A DNA stretch of 33,166 bases. It comes from Alphaproteobacteria bacterium. Its GTDB lineage: Bacteria > Pseudomonadota > Alphaproteobacteria > UBA8317. The stretch lies in assembly GCA_038131935.1 (NCBI GenBank), contig JAYPQH010000028.1:1-33166 (forward strand), in the 5' to 3' direction. Shown here in pieces: positions 1-9,252 of the stretch (within the stretch, counting starts at the first letter, position 1; each line of letters begins with the position of its first letter). The notes under the pieces are model-generated. The model made no database searches. It was given only the letters and a program-made list of their open reading frames with translations, and had not been told where the DNA came from. A program made the position numbers and the translations under genes.

Positions 1-287
1 ATGCTCCAGAAACCCTTGGCAATGCTCCGCCAGAGTCATAATCGTGCACGTTCATCACCACGATGACCCATATCTCCTAAGCGCGCACGCAAATGCTCGA
101 CCATCTGATCTGCGTGGGCATGTATGTTCACAATCAAAAAAGGCGGTGCGAGTGGAAGAACCATATCCAATACGTGATCAATTAATGCCTTTCGCGCAAC
201 TTCCACCAATGGTTTGGGACGCTCCAGCGTTAACGGACGCAAGCGTGTTCCAAGACCTGCTGCCAATATCATGATAGGAATACTCAT
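1..287 (-). CDS. murU: Nucleotidyltransferase, MurNAc-alpha-1-P uridylyltransferase type; 3'-partial with apparent frameshift near 36
   Basis: N-terminal ILAAGLGTRLRPLT..PKPL signature; follows amgK with a 4-nt overlap. After DERARL the expected D(S/T)GG motif (GAC TCT GGC GGA) continues in another frame towards the window edge. Confidence 0.8.
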
Positions 288-1270
288 AACTGGTCCCAGA
301 GAGCTAATGAAACCCTCGTTTCAGCTTTGAGCTTACAAAGCCAAGCCCGCCATGGCTCACAACCAGGATGCTGCAGGGCCTCCAAAAGATGTGCTTCTAC
401 GCGAGGCATCAAAGCCAAATAAGCTGGTTTTTGGTCACGTTGAGCTAAACGCGTAAAAATTCCAAGGATTTTTGCATTTCTTTGAAAAGACAATTGTGCA
501 TAAGCCACTTCAAATTGATCTTTCTGCCAACCTATTTCGAGCATAAATTGCTGCTTTAATGCATCAGACATATCTTTATCTACATCACGCCGTGCATCAG
601 TTAATAACGATCCCAAATCATACAAAGGATGACCAAGCCGTGCATCCTGAAAATCAATCATTCCGAGTTGAGCAATTGATTCACGTTCAGATAAGAAAAA
701 TAGATTTTCCGCGTGATAATCACGATGGACAAAAACTGGTGAAATATTCATGAGATCTTGTATCACACTCGCATTTACCTCAGAAAATTCATCAAGCTGC
801 TGAGCCGTAGGATGAATAAGATGAGAAGGCAGATACCATTGTACAAAAAGTGCCAATTCACGATGGTATGCGTCAGCGTCATAAGGAAGCAATGAGACAC
901 AATCTATGGGATGAAGTGCTGGAATTGCAGCCATAGCCTGACGATAAATATGCCATTCTTCGCCTGGTGCTTCCAACAAGGTTTCTTTAAGCCTGGACGC
1001 CCCAAAGTCTTCCATAACCACCAGCTGGCTGTCATCAGAAATGATCTGAATAGTAGGCACAGACAGACCAGCGCTTGCAAGCTTCCGACCCAAAAACCTT
1101 TGAACACCCACATCATGTCCTGGAGGAAGCCACATCAAAATTCGTGGGTCCTCTTTTTCGGGCATAATACGGAAATATTGACGATCAGATGCATCACCGG
1201 GAATGCATACAAAGGGCGTCCCTTGTCCAAAATGTCGCGTGATAAACTCAGTAACTTTTATGATGTCCAT
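284..1270 (-). CDS. amgK: Anomeric MurNAc/GlcNAc kinase (APH-like phosphotransferase)
   Basis: GDASDRQYFR, EDFG, HRDYHAENL, IDFQDA and QRNAKILGIFTRL motifs; tsaE-amgK-murU synteny. Confidence 0.85.
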   Translation of the reverse strand: MDIIKVTEFITRHFGQGTPFVCIPGDASDRQYFRIMPEKEDPRILMWLPPGHDVGVQRFLGRKLASAGLSVPTIQIISDDSQLVVMEDFGASRLKETLLEAPGEEWHIYRQAMAAIPALHPIDCVSLLPYDADAYHRELALFVQWYLPSHLIHPTAQQLDEFSEVNASVIQDLMNISPVFVHRDYHAENLFFLSERESIAQLGMIDFQDARLGHPLYDLGSLLTDARRDVDKDMSDALKQQFMLEIGWQKDQFEVAYAQLSFQRNAKILGIFTRLAQRDQKPAYLALMPRVEAHLLEALQHPGCEPWRAWLCKLKAETRVSLALWDQL

Positions 1271-1297
1271 GTTGCCCCTAGAGAACTTTTGGACATC

Positions 1298-1780
1298 TTA
1301 TCCCAACAAAGTCCCGATTCTATCAAAAACTTTGGGTGCGTAGACCATGATGTTGCGGCGTTCTGATCCTTGGGCAGACATCTCAATGCGCAGATCCAAG
1401 CGTCTTTTGACGTCTATTTGGTACAACCGCTCAGGCCATTCAAGCAATACAACGCCGTGATCAAGATACTCTTCCAATCCGAGCTCTACCACATCTTGAT
1501 GATGATCCAATCGGTAAAGATCAACATGGGCCACCAAATCAAATGACGCTGTCTCGGGTACCCGATAGCTCTGCACCAAGGTAAAAGTGGGACTGGGTAT
1601 AACTTCAACAATACCCAACCCATTCAACATTGCTCGAGAAAGAACAGATTTTCCAACGCCAAGCTCACCTGAAAGGGTGACAAGGTCACCACTTTCGAGC
1701 AAGGGCGCTAACCTGGCGCCAAACATACAAAGTTCAGCTTCGGTTAGGTTCAAAAATTGACGAATTTCTGAGGTCAACAC
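1298..1780 (-). CDS. tsaE: tRNA threonylcarbamoyladenosine biosynthesis ATPase TsaE
   Basis: GELGVGKS P-loop, SPTFTLVQSY, HVDLYRL, EWPE; GTG start abuts the ahcY stop. Confidence 0.95.
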   Translation of the reverse strand: MLTSEIRQFLNLTEAELCMFGARLAPLLESGDLVTLSGELGVGKSVLSRAMLNGLGIVEVIPSPTFTLVQSYRVPETASFDLVAHVDLYRLDHHQDVVELGLEEYLDHGVVLLEWPERLYQIDVKRRLDLRIEMSAQGSERRNIMVYAPKVFDRIGTLLG

Positions 1781-3066
1781 TTAGTAACGATATTGCTCAG
1801 GTTTAAATGGACCTGACGTTGGGATACCGAGATAATCAGATTGTTCCTGGCTTAACTGGGTTAACGAGACACCCAGACGCTCCAAATGTAGCCTGGCCAC
1901 TTTTTCATCCAAATGCTTGGGTAGGGTGTAGACTTTTCGCTCGTAACGATCTGCATGTAGCCATAATTCGATCTGTGCCAACACTTGGTTGGTGAATGAT
2001 GCGCTCATAACAAAACTTGGGTGGCCGGTGGCATTACCTAAATTGACCAAACGTCCCTCAGAAAGCACAATCAATCTCTTTCCATCTGGGAACTTAACTT
2101 GATCAACCTGGGGTTTAATATTGATCCATTCATGGTTTCGTAACGCGCTGATTTGGATTTCTGAGTCAAAATGGCCAATGTTACACACAATCGCCATATC
2201 CTTCATCTCCCGCATATGGTCGATGGTTATCACATCTTTGTTACCCGTCGCCGTAACAAAGATATCACCCTTGCCAGCAACTTCCTCCATGGTCTTCACT
2301 TCATAACCCTGCATGGCTGCTTGGAGCGCACATATAGGGTCAATTTCGGTAACAATCACACGGGCACCTTGAGAACGAAGCGATTCAGCCGAACCTTTAC
2401 CAACATCCCCAAAGCCACAAACAACCGCGACTTTGCCTGACATCATAACGTCTGTCGCACGTTTAATACCATCAACCAAGCTCTCGCGGCAGCCATACAA
2501 ATTATCAAATTTAGACTTGGTCACGGAATCGTTTACATTGATTGCGGGTACAGCAAGACGTCCATCTCGTTCCATTTCATACAAGCGCATCACACCCGTG
2601 GTGGTCTCCTCTGAGAGGCCACGCACATCTTTTAGCATCTCGGGATATTTGTCATGCATCAATACAGTCAAATCGCCACCATCATCCAGGATCATGTTTG
2701 GAGTCCAGCCATCAGGACCCTGTATGGTCTGCTCGATACACCACCAAAATTCTTCTTCTGTTTCCCCTTTCCAAGCAAATACAGGAATGTTTTCAGCAGC
2801 GATTGCTGCTGCTGCCTGGTCTTGCGTTGAAAAATATTACAAGAAGACCAACGCACGGATGCACCCAACGCGATCAATGTCTCAATAAGCACGGCTGTTT
2901 GAATAGTCATATGCAAACAACCTGCGATACGTGCGCCTGCCAATGGTTTGCTGTCTGCGAACTCTTCGCGCAAGGACATCAATCCAGGCATTTCCGTCTC
3001 AGCAATGGTAATTTCTTTGCGCCCCCAATCGGCAAGACCCATGTCGGCTACTTTATAATCTGTCAT
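1781..3066 (-). CDS. ahcY: Adenosylhomocysteinase, ~428 aa, split by one indel at 2830-2834
   Basis: [19 protein letters not shown] start with GGAGGG RBS; [36 protein letters not shown]. Adding one T to the T5 run restores the invariant SCNIFSTQD and joins ORFs 2692..3156 and 1781..2695. Confidence 0.95.
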
Positions 3067-3158
3067 CTGGGCCCTCCAGCACCATAATTCATAAACGAAC
3101 ACAGTATCCTTCGCGACTTGTTCCGCACCGAAGAGGGCACAGACCAACAAATGCATGC

Positions 3159-3174
3159 ATAAGGATATGTTTAT
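3159..3174. promoter_or_regulatory. Candidate SahR-type operator upstream of ahcY
   Basis: Imperfect palindrome ATAAGGATATGTTTAT ~90 nt upstream of ahcY; 14/16 match to the alphaproteobacterial SahR consensus as I recall it (ATAAAGATATCTTTAT); ahcY is a known SahR target. Confidence 0.5.
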
Positions 3175-3206
3175 ATGATGATGTGTATCATCATTTAAGA
3201 TTGAGG

Positions 3207-4931
3207 TTAAGTCCCCATGTCAACAAAAGCTCGGATTGCGTCTGGACCACCATCTTGCATCAACTTTGTCACAACGGCCTGCAACTCAGTAGTATTCCCA
3301 GAACGCACACGCTCCATTACCTCTGGCAAAGCCCTTGGCGCCATGGATAAATGGCGAAGACCAAGGCCCATAAGCAAAGGGGTCAGCACAGGGTCTCCAG
3401 CCATTTCACCACATAATGTTATAGGAATATCAGCGCGTCTTGCAGCTTCTACAGAAAACTGTATGAGCCTTAGTACAGCTGGATGAAGGGGGTCATACAT
3501 CGATGCTACTTTGTCGTTGGTCCGATCAATAGCGAGCGTATACTGGGTAAGATCATTGGTTCCCAAGGATAAGAAATCAACATGACGGGCCAGCAAGTCT
3601 GCAGACAATGCAGCCGCGGGAACCTCAATCATGATACCTAGTTGCGGAATACCCACAGGCCTTTGCACATCATCCAACTGTGCATATTCCTCCTGTACAA
3701 TAGATTTTATTTTTTGAATCTCATGAACACTCATCACCATTGGAAATAAAATATGAACGGGGCCGTGTTTTGCTGCACGCAAAATCGCACGCAGCTGAGC
3801 ACGAAATGGCTCAACATGACGCAGACTTAACCTTACGGCCCTAAGTCCCAAAGCGGGATTTTCTGCATCTCCGTCTACCTCACCATACCCTGGAAGGATT
3901 TTTTCCCCACCAACATCTAAGGTCCTAATGGTGATAGGTTTGCCAGCCATTCGTTGAACAATCTGTGTAAGCACCTCGGTCTGTTCTTCCTCTGTTGGCA
4001 TAGACCTGCGGTTTAAAAACAAAAATTCAGTACGTAGAAGGCCAATTCCCTGGGCACCCCATTCCTGTACTTCAGAAACTTCATGCGGCAATTCAACATT
4101 GGCTTGCAGGGTGTAATGCTGTCCATCATCACTAATAGCAGGCTCTCTGGCTTGAATACGCAGTCGCTCAAGCCGTTGAAAAAAATCTCGTTGTGACTGG
4201 CGCGCAGCTGCTTTCTCAGCATCATCGGGCTCAACAATGATACGCCCTCGGCCATCAACAATGATCTCAACTCCATTTCGCATGTCATCAAGCAACCCAG
4301 TCACACCCATAACGGCTGGGATACCCAATGCCCGTGCCAAAATGGCCACATGACCTTGCAAGCCGCCTGTTTCTGCGACCAATCCAACAACATGTCCTGG
4401 TTCAAAACAGGCCATATCAGCTGGTGAAATATCATGCGCTACCAAAACACTTCCCTTTGGAAGATGCCACAAAGGCTCCTCGTCAATGACCAAAATATTC
4501 AGGAGCCGATGTGCTACAGCTTCAATGTCTTGAAACCGAGAAGCTAAATAGGGATCCGTCATATTGTCATAAATGACTTTGATGTCAGCTAAGGCTGATT
4601 GAATAGCCATAGGCGCAGACATAAGCTTTTCTTGTATGGCTTGTTCTGCGATACGTAGAAGGCGAGAATTGCGCAAAAATCCAATTTGTACGTCCATGAG
4701 CGAAATCAGCTCATCGATCCCAGGGATCACCTGCTTTTGCAATCTCTTTCGCGCACGATCAAGGTCATCTTTTAATTGTTTTTGTGCCCCATGAAATCGC
4801 TCAATTTCTTGGGAAATATCGCTTTCCACCAATGACCCTTGATCGATCAAAGGCTGGCCTCTGTTCATGGTAACGGCTATACCAAGTGCCACCCCTTGGG
4901 AAACACCAATTCCGGTAAAAACTTTGGACAT
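3207..4931 (-). CDS. ptsI: PEP-protein phosphotransferase (PTS enzyme I) without N-terminal GAF domain
   Basis: [11 protein letters not shown] start, phospho-His region [56 protein letters not shown]; 574 aa. Confidence 0.93.
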   Translation of the reverse strand: MSKVFTGIGVSQGVALGIAVTMNRGQPLIDQGSLVESDISQEIERFHGAQKQLKDDLDRARKRLQKQVIPGIDELISLMDVQIGFLRNSRLLRIAEQAIQEKLMSAPMAIQSALADIKVIYDNMTDPYLASRFQDIEAVAHRLLNILVIDEEPLWHLPKGSVLVAHDISPADMACFEPGHVVGLVAETGGLQGHVAILARALGIPAVMGVTGLLDDMRNGVEIIVDGRGRIIVEPDDAEKAAARQSQRDFFQRLERLRIQAREPAISDDGQHYTLQANVELPHEVSEVQEWGAQGIGLLRTEFLFLNRRSMPTEEEQTEVLTQIVQRMAGKPITIRTLDVGGEKILPGYGEVDGDAENPALGLRAVRLSLRHVEPFRAQLRAILRAAKHGPVHILFPMVMSVHEIQKIKSIVQEEYAQLDDVQRPVGIPQLGIMIEVPAAALSADLLARHVDFLSLGTNDLTQYTLAIDRTNDKVASMYDPLHPAVLRLIQFSVEAARRADIPITLCGEMAGDPVLTPLLMGLGLRHLSMAPRALPEVMERVRSGNTTELQAVVTKLMQDGGPDAIRAFVDMGT

Positions 4932-5206
4932 TAGGCACCTTCACCAAAAAAGTCATCTATGAGTGCGCATACCTTCTCGACAGCTTCTCCTGCGTCATGG
5001 CCACGGGCATGTATTGAGACAAAGCATCCTGGTCCAGCAGCCAACATCATCAAACCCATAATAGAGAGTGCTGAAACCTGTAGACCGTCTTTTTCAACCA
5101 AAATCTCAGCCTCAAATTCCTGTGCGCATTTCACCAATTGCGCTGAGGCCCGAGCATGAAGTCCTCGCATATTACGGATTTGTACCTGTGCATGAACCTC
5201 TTGCAT
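4931..5206 (-). CDS. ptsH: HPr-family phosphocarrier (HPr/NPr)
   Basis: GLHARASA (His15) and SIMGLMML (Ser46) motifs; 91 aa. Confidence 0.93.
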   Translation of the reverse strand: MQEVHAQVQIRNMRGLHARASAQLVKCAQEFEAEILVEKDGLQVSALSIMGLMMLAAGPGCFVSIHARGHDAGEAVEKVCALIDDFFGEGA

Positions 5207-5207
5207 G

Positions 5208-5618
5208 TTAACCTTCTATATCACCAGCAAGAATAGCTGATGCTACAGAGATATATTTTCGGCCTGCATCTCGTGCACCCATGGCTGCTTCGGATAATGT
5301 TTTGTCAACGCGCAAGGATGCAAGCTTTATCAACATGGGTAAATTCACACCTGCAACCACCTCTGTTTGGGGCCGTTCCATGACAGAAATAGATAAATTT
5401 GAGGGGGTACCACCAAACATATCGGTTAACAAAATGGCGCCATCACCAAGATCAACACGATCTACTGCCGCAAGAATATCAAGTCTTCTTGCTTCAATGT
5501 CATCATCTGGGCCGATACAAATTGTTTCCACCTGTGACTGTGCCCCCACAACATGTTCCATCGCTGATAAAAATTCATCAGCGAGTCGACCATGAGTAAC
5601 CAATACCATACCAATCAT
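5208..5618 (-). CDS. PTS EIIA component, mannose/fructose family
   Basis: MIGMVLVTHG (phospho-His), LTDMFGGTPSN, GVNLPML; start moved to the ATG at 5618 behind GAGGG. Confidence 0.93.
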   Translation of the reverse strand: MIGMVLVTHGRLADEFLSAMEHVVGAQSQVETICIGPDDDIEARRLDILAAVDRVDLGDGAILLTDMFGGTPSNLSISVMERPQTEVVAGVNLPMLIKLASLRVDKTLSEAAMGARDAGRKYISVASAILAGDIEG

Positions 5619-5643
5619 CTCTACCCTCACTAACCCTATTCAC

Positions 5644-5665
5644 AAAAAAGCCAATTGTTTTGGCT
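5644..5665 (-). terminator. Possible weak intrinsic terminator between rapZ and EIIA
   Basis: AGCCAA-N5-TTGGCT stem followed by a U tract on the - strand; a T tract also follows on the + strand. Confidence 0.4.
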
Positions 5666-5681
5666 CATTTTTTTTCACAGC

Positions 5682-6536
5682 TTATGACCCAGATTCCTGC
5701 ATGTTTGTGTGAATAACCACAATAGGATTGTGGATTCGCTTCAAACGTTGTGCAAGATCTTCAGCCATACTCACGGATCGATGACGACCACCTGTACAAC
5801 CCAAAGCTATCGTACAATAGGCTTTTCCCGTATCAATAATACCTGGTAAAAGCATCTGCATCAGTTGCTCAATATGTTGTATATAAAACGCATAAAGAGG
5901 ATCTGCCTTAACAAAAGCTGCAACCTCTGGAGAACAACCAGTCTGGTGACGCAGTGTAGGATCCCAATGAGGATTACGCAGTTGCCGCAGATCAAACAAA
6001 AAATCTGTTTCCGGGGGAACACCATGGCGAAAGCCAAAGGACATGACGGTAAGGACCATGGCATGAGAAATTGGAACATCTGTTAAACGTTGAATTTCTT
6101 CACGCAATCGGTGAGGCGTGAATTCAGTCGTATCCAGCACAATGGCTGCATATTCACGGATACGCGCCAACAATTGCGCCTCTCTTTTAAACGCGTCACG
6201 CAAAGGAACACCATCATGTGAAAGAGGGTGCCGGCGTCTTGTCTCAGAAAATCTTTGCACAACAACGTCTTCGCGACATTCAAGAAAAATCAACCGGATA
6301 GGTTCTTGCTGTTGATTAACAGTCCATAGCCACTGCTCTAAGGTACCTGGGTATGATAAAATTTGCTCTACGTTTAAACCTATGGCCACACGATCTGGTG
6401 TCATCGCATTGATAATTTCTGACAAAAGGCTCAAGGGAGGGTTATCGACGGCACCAAACCCAATATCCTCTAGAGCGCGCAGTGCTGTGGATCTCCCTGC
6501 TCCTGACAATCCTACAATCACAAAAACCTGCTTCAT
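5682..6536 (-). CDS. rapZ: RNase adaptor protein RapZ (YhbJ/YvcJ family)
   Basis: GLSGAGRS P-loop, VDNPP, RFSETRRRHPL, SFGFRHG, LRNPHW, GCTGGRHRSV. Confidence 0.95.
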   Translation of the reverse strand: MKQVFVIVGLSGAGRSTALRALEDIGFGAVDNPPLSLLSEIINAMTPDRVAIGLNVEQILSYPGTLEQWLWTVNQQQEPIRLIFLECREDVVVQRFSETRRRHPLSHDGVPLRDAFKREAQLLARIREYAAIVLDTTEFTPHRLREEIQRLTDVPISHAMVLTVMSFGFRHGVPPETDFLFDLRQLRNPHWDPTLRHQTGCSPEVAAFVKADPLYAFYIQHIEQLMQMLLPGIIDTGKAYCTIALGCTGGRHRSVSMAEDLAQRLKRIHNPIVVIHTNMQESGS

Positions 6537-6605
6537 CTCGTTTGCCCCAAAATTGCATTTGGAATGATCACGACTGTATCTATAACATGACGCATCATGA
6601 AGCTG

Positions 6606-7046
6606 CTAATATTTCTGAGCTAGATGTGACAAACCATGTTCATGATCATACTGCTCCAAAAAGTAAGTCAGTCGCACAAAGCTGTAAGGATCCATCAACA
6701 TTTGGTGCACAGGGATACGCTGATCCAGCAATTGCTGGTAACAGTTTTCTTGCGCAAGGACATCTACTTTTTTAACCGCGCTCAAGATCAGGTCAACTTT
6801 TGCTAAGCCGCAGCATTCCATTTGTATGATACCCAATCCACGCAACTCAACCAAACCCTTGGTTGCAGGAACAGGTGCCATCATAATTTGATTTTCTAGA
6901 GATGAGAGTACTACACCGTCATCACCGATGAGCTCAGCACCGTTTTGAATAGCCTCCAGCATTAAGCCTGTTTTGCCAATGCCAGGGGGCCCCATCAGTA
7001 AAATCCCCAAACCTTTATAACGAAAGCCATTTGCCTGTATGATCAT
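6606..7046 (-). CDS. hprK: Short alphaproteobacterial HPr kinase/phosphorylase
   Basis: GILLMGPPGIGKT Walker A, LIGDD, GLVELRGLGI signature; between chvG and rapZ. Confidence 0.85.
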   Translation of the reverse strand: MIIQANGFRYKGLGILLMGPPGIGKTGLMLEAIQNGAELIGDDGVVLSSLENQIMMAPVPATKGLVELRGLGIIQMECCGLAKVDLILSAVKKVDVLAQENCYQQLLDQRIPVHQMLMDPYSFVRLTYFLEQYDHEHGLSHLAQKY

Positions 7047-8557
7047 TTCGCCCTCACAAGTGGCAATGTCATGACAACGCGTAACCCGCCAAGAGGGCTA
7101 TCATCCAATGAGATGTCTCCTCCATGCCTAGAAAGAATTTGCTTAGCAATGCCTAGGCCCAGACCTGAGTGTCCTTCAACCCCTAGCCGCGTTGAATAAA
7201 AACGCTCAAACACCCTCGATCTAAGAGCTTCTGGTATACCAGGACCTTCATCATCAATGATCACGTGGGCTTTTTGTTTCTCCATGCGCACTTGGACCAA
7301 AATTTTGCCCCCTACTTCTGAAAATGAGATGGCATTATCAAGAATATTTGCCAAAGCATGGATTAATTGCTGCCCCTTTGCCTCCACAAAAAGGCTGTCA
7401 TCATCATGTAGGAACTGGATTGTGAAACCAAGTCGTTCAGCTGACGCCATCCTTTGAGCCACAAGTTCTTCCAGCAACTCAATGAGTGCGATATGTTCAG
7501 ATGGTCCATCACCTAGCTCTCGCTCCAGTCGTGCTGAGGCCTGAATATCATCTATCAATTGATGCAAACGCTGCAAATCCCGACGCATTGCTGTCAAAAG
7601 CTTTGCTTGTCTTTCCGCATCATGTGGGCGCTCAAGAAGCTCAACGGATGTTCGAAGTGCAGTCATTGGATTCTTTAACTCATGAGCTACGTCCGCAGCA
7701 AAATCGTCGACCGCAACCAAACGCTCGCGCAAGGCGAACACCAACCCCCTTATCGCATCGCTCAAATGCCCAATTTCATCACCTCGGCGAGCAAATTCCT
7801 GAAAAGCAAGGGTATCAATATCCCCAAGACCTTGGGTGCGTTTGGCCACATTCTGCGCTTGGTGTGAGAGCCGAGCCAAGGGTTGCGCAATTGAGGTTCC
7901 AAGAAAAAGTGAAATGGCCAATGTTGCCAACAGAACAACAGCAAAATAAGTCAGATAAGCGCGTCCCTCACGCTCCATCAACTGATACAAACGTGTTTCA
8001 GGAAAGGTGACATCAAGGATGAAATCCTGTTGATGCAGCGTGACTTTGACAGCTGCAACAGCCGCATCTTTTGGTGACAATCTACGAATATAAGCCACCT
8101 CGCGACCCGTGAATGCTTCACGTACATGATCTGGCATTGATAATGGCTGCACGCGTCCGCTACCGTCCATAAATCGTGAAATAATCAGCCGGCCTACATC
8201 TCTGGACGTGCGTGTAAAAAAGCCAACATCTCCCCCAGGCAATGGACTTCTTACGGTAATGGCTTCAGGACGCGCACGAACAGCGAAACCAGTCTGTGCA
8301 TACAATCCAACCTGCAAACCAGACAATTCCGCAACACGTGCCATCAACATGGACAACCTATGATCGCGCCTAACATCATCGGACTCAGAAGCAACCCTTA
8401 GTGCCAAGGCTAAACTCTTCGCTTCCTGCAAAAGCGATCTCTCTTCAGCTTCGAGACCCGTAACTTGCCTATGAAGGAATGCCAATCCTACCGCTGCACA
8501 AAATACAACTGTTAAGTTTGTAAGAATAATGCGACGGACCAAGCCTATCCGCATCAA
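7043..8557 (-). CDS. chvG: Sensor histidine kinase, ChvG/ExoS-like
   Basis: Two TM segments, HAMP (RGDEIGHLS), H-box FAADVAHELKNP, NILDNAISFS, DEGPGIP, FERFY, SGLGLGI; chvI-chvG-hprK order. Confidence 0.85.
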   Translation of the reverse strand: MMRIGLVRRIILTNLTVVFCAAVGLAFLHRQVTGLEAEERSLLQEAKSLALALRVASESDDVRRDHRLSMLMARVAELSGLQVGLYAQTGFAVRARPEAITVRSPLPGGDVGFFTRTSRDVGRLIISRFMDGSGRVQPLSMPDHVREAFTGREVAYIRRLSPKDAAVAAVKVTLHQQDFILDVTFPETRLYQLMEREGRAYLTYFAVVLLATLAISLFLGTSIAQPLARLSHQAQNVAKRTQGLGDIDTLAFQEFARRGDEIGHLSDAIRGLVFALRERLVAVDDFAADVAHELKNPMTALRTSVELLERPHDAERQAKLLTAMRRDLQRLHQLIDDIQASARLERELGDGPSEHIALIELLEELVAQRMASAERLGFTIQFLHDDDSLFVEAKGQQLIHALANILDNAISFSEVGGKILVQVRMEKQKAHVIIDDEGPGIPEALRSRVFERFYSTRLGVEGHSGLGLGIAKQILSRHGGDISLDDSPLGGLRVVMTLPLVRAK

Positions 8558-9231
8558 AGCAAATCCAACCGGTAGCCCATGCCATAAAGGGCCGTGATCG
8601 CGTCAAATTTTGGATCAATCTTTTTGAATTTGCGTCTAATTCTTTTGATGTGAGAATCAACTGCGCGCGGATCCGTATATTCATCATCTTCATAGGCATC
8701 ATATATGAGTTGCTCGCGGCTGCATACATGACCAGGACGCTTGGCTAAGCTCATCATGATCAAACATTCTGTAACGGTCAGGGGAATATTCTCACCTTTC
8801 CATTGGCATGTCATGGCCTGTCCATCTAAAGACAAGCCTTTATGGGTAACCAACTGATCATCTCTTGGTGGTTGACTGCGACGTAGAATAGAACCAATGC
8901 GTGCCAACAAAAGATTAGGGGAGTAGGGTTTACGTAAAAAGTCATCTCCCCCCTGCCGAAGCCCTTCAAGTTCATCAAGCTCATCATCGCGTGACGTTAG
9001 AAAAACGACTGGGACTGAGGATTGCACGCGCAATCTCCGCAACACCTCAAAACCAGTTAGTCCCGGCATTTTAATATCCAAAATAACAAGGTCTGGTGCC
9101 AATCTTGCAAAATTCGCAAGAGCTAATCTTGGGTCTGCAAAGGATGTGACTTTATAGCCTTCATCTTCTAACAACATGGTCAATCCCTCAAGGATAGCAC
9201 GTTCATCATCGATCAAAACAATATGTGTCAT
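8554..9231 (-). CDS. chvI: OmpR-family response regulator ChvI
   Basis: LIDDE, LDIKMP, FLTSRDDELDE, LTVTE, DSHIKRIRRKFK, LYGMGYR, all typical of ChvI. Confidence 0.9.
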   Translation of the reverse strand: MTHIVLIDDERAILEGLTMLLEDEGYKVTSFADPRLALANFARLAPDLVILDIKMPGLTGFEVLRRLRVQSSVPVVFLTSRDDELDELEGLRQGGDDFLRKPYSPNLLLARIGSILRRSQPPRDDQLVTHKGLSLDGQAMTCQWKGENIPLTVTECLIMMSLAKRPGHVCSREQLIYDAYEDDEYTDPRAVDSHIKRIRRKFKKIDPKFDAITALYGMGYRLDLL

Positions 9232-9252
9232 GTCGCCTTACCGATATCCCAC

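Noticed and set aside
2821-2840. Programmed frameshift or phase variation in ahcY and other split genes
   Set aside because: Runs are only 4-8 nt, have no slippery-site context, and occur in many unrelated housekeeping genes; sequencing error is simpler.
3067-3206. Canonical SAH riboswitch before ahcY
   Set aside because: The GAGGAGCG..CAGGCUC..GCGCUC core is not present by eye.
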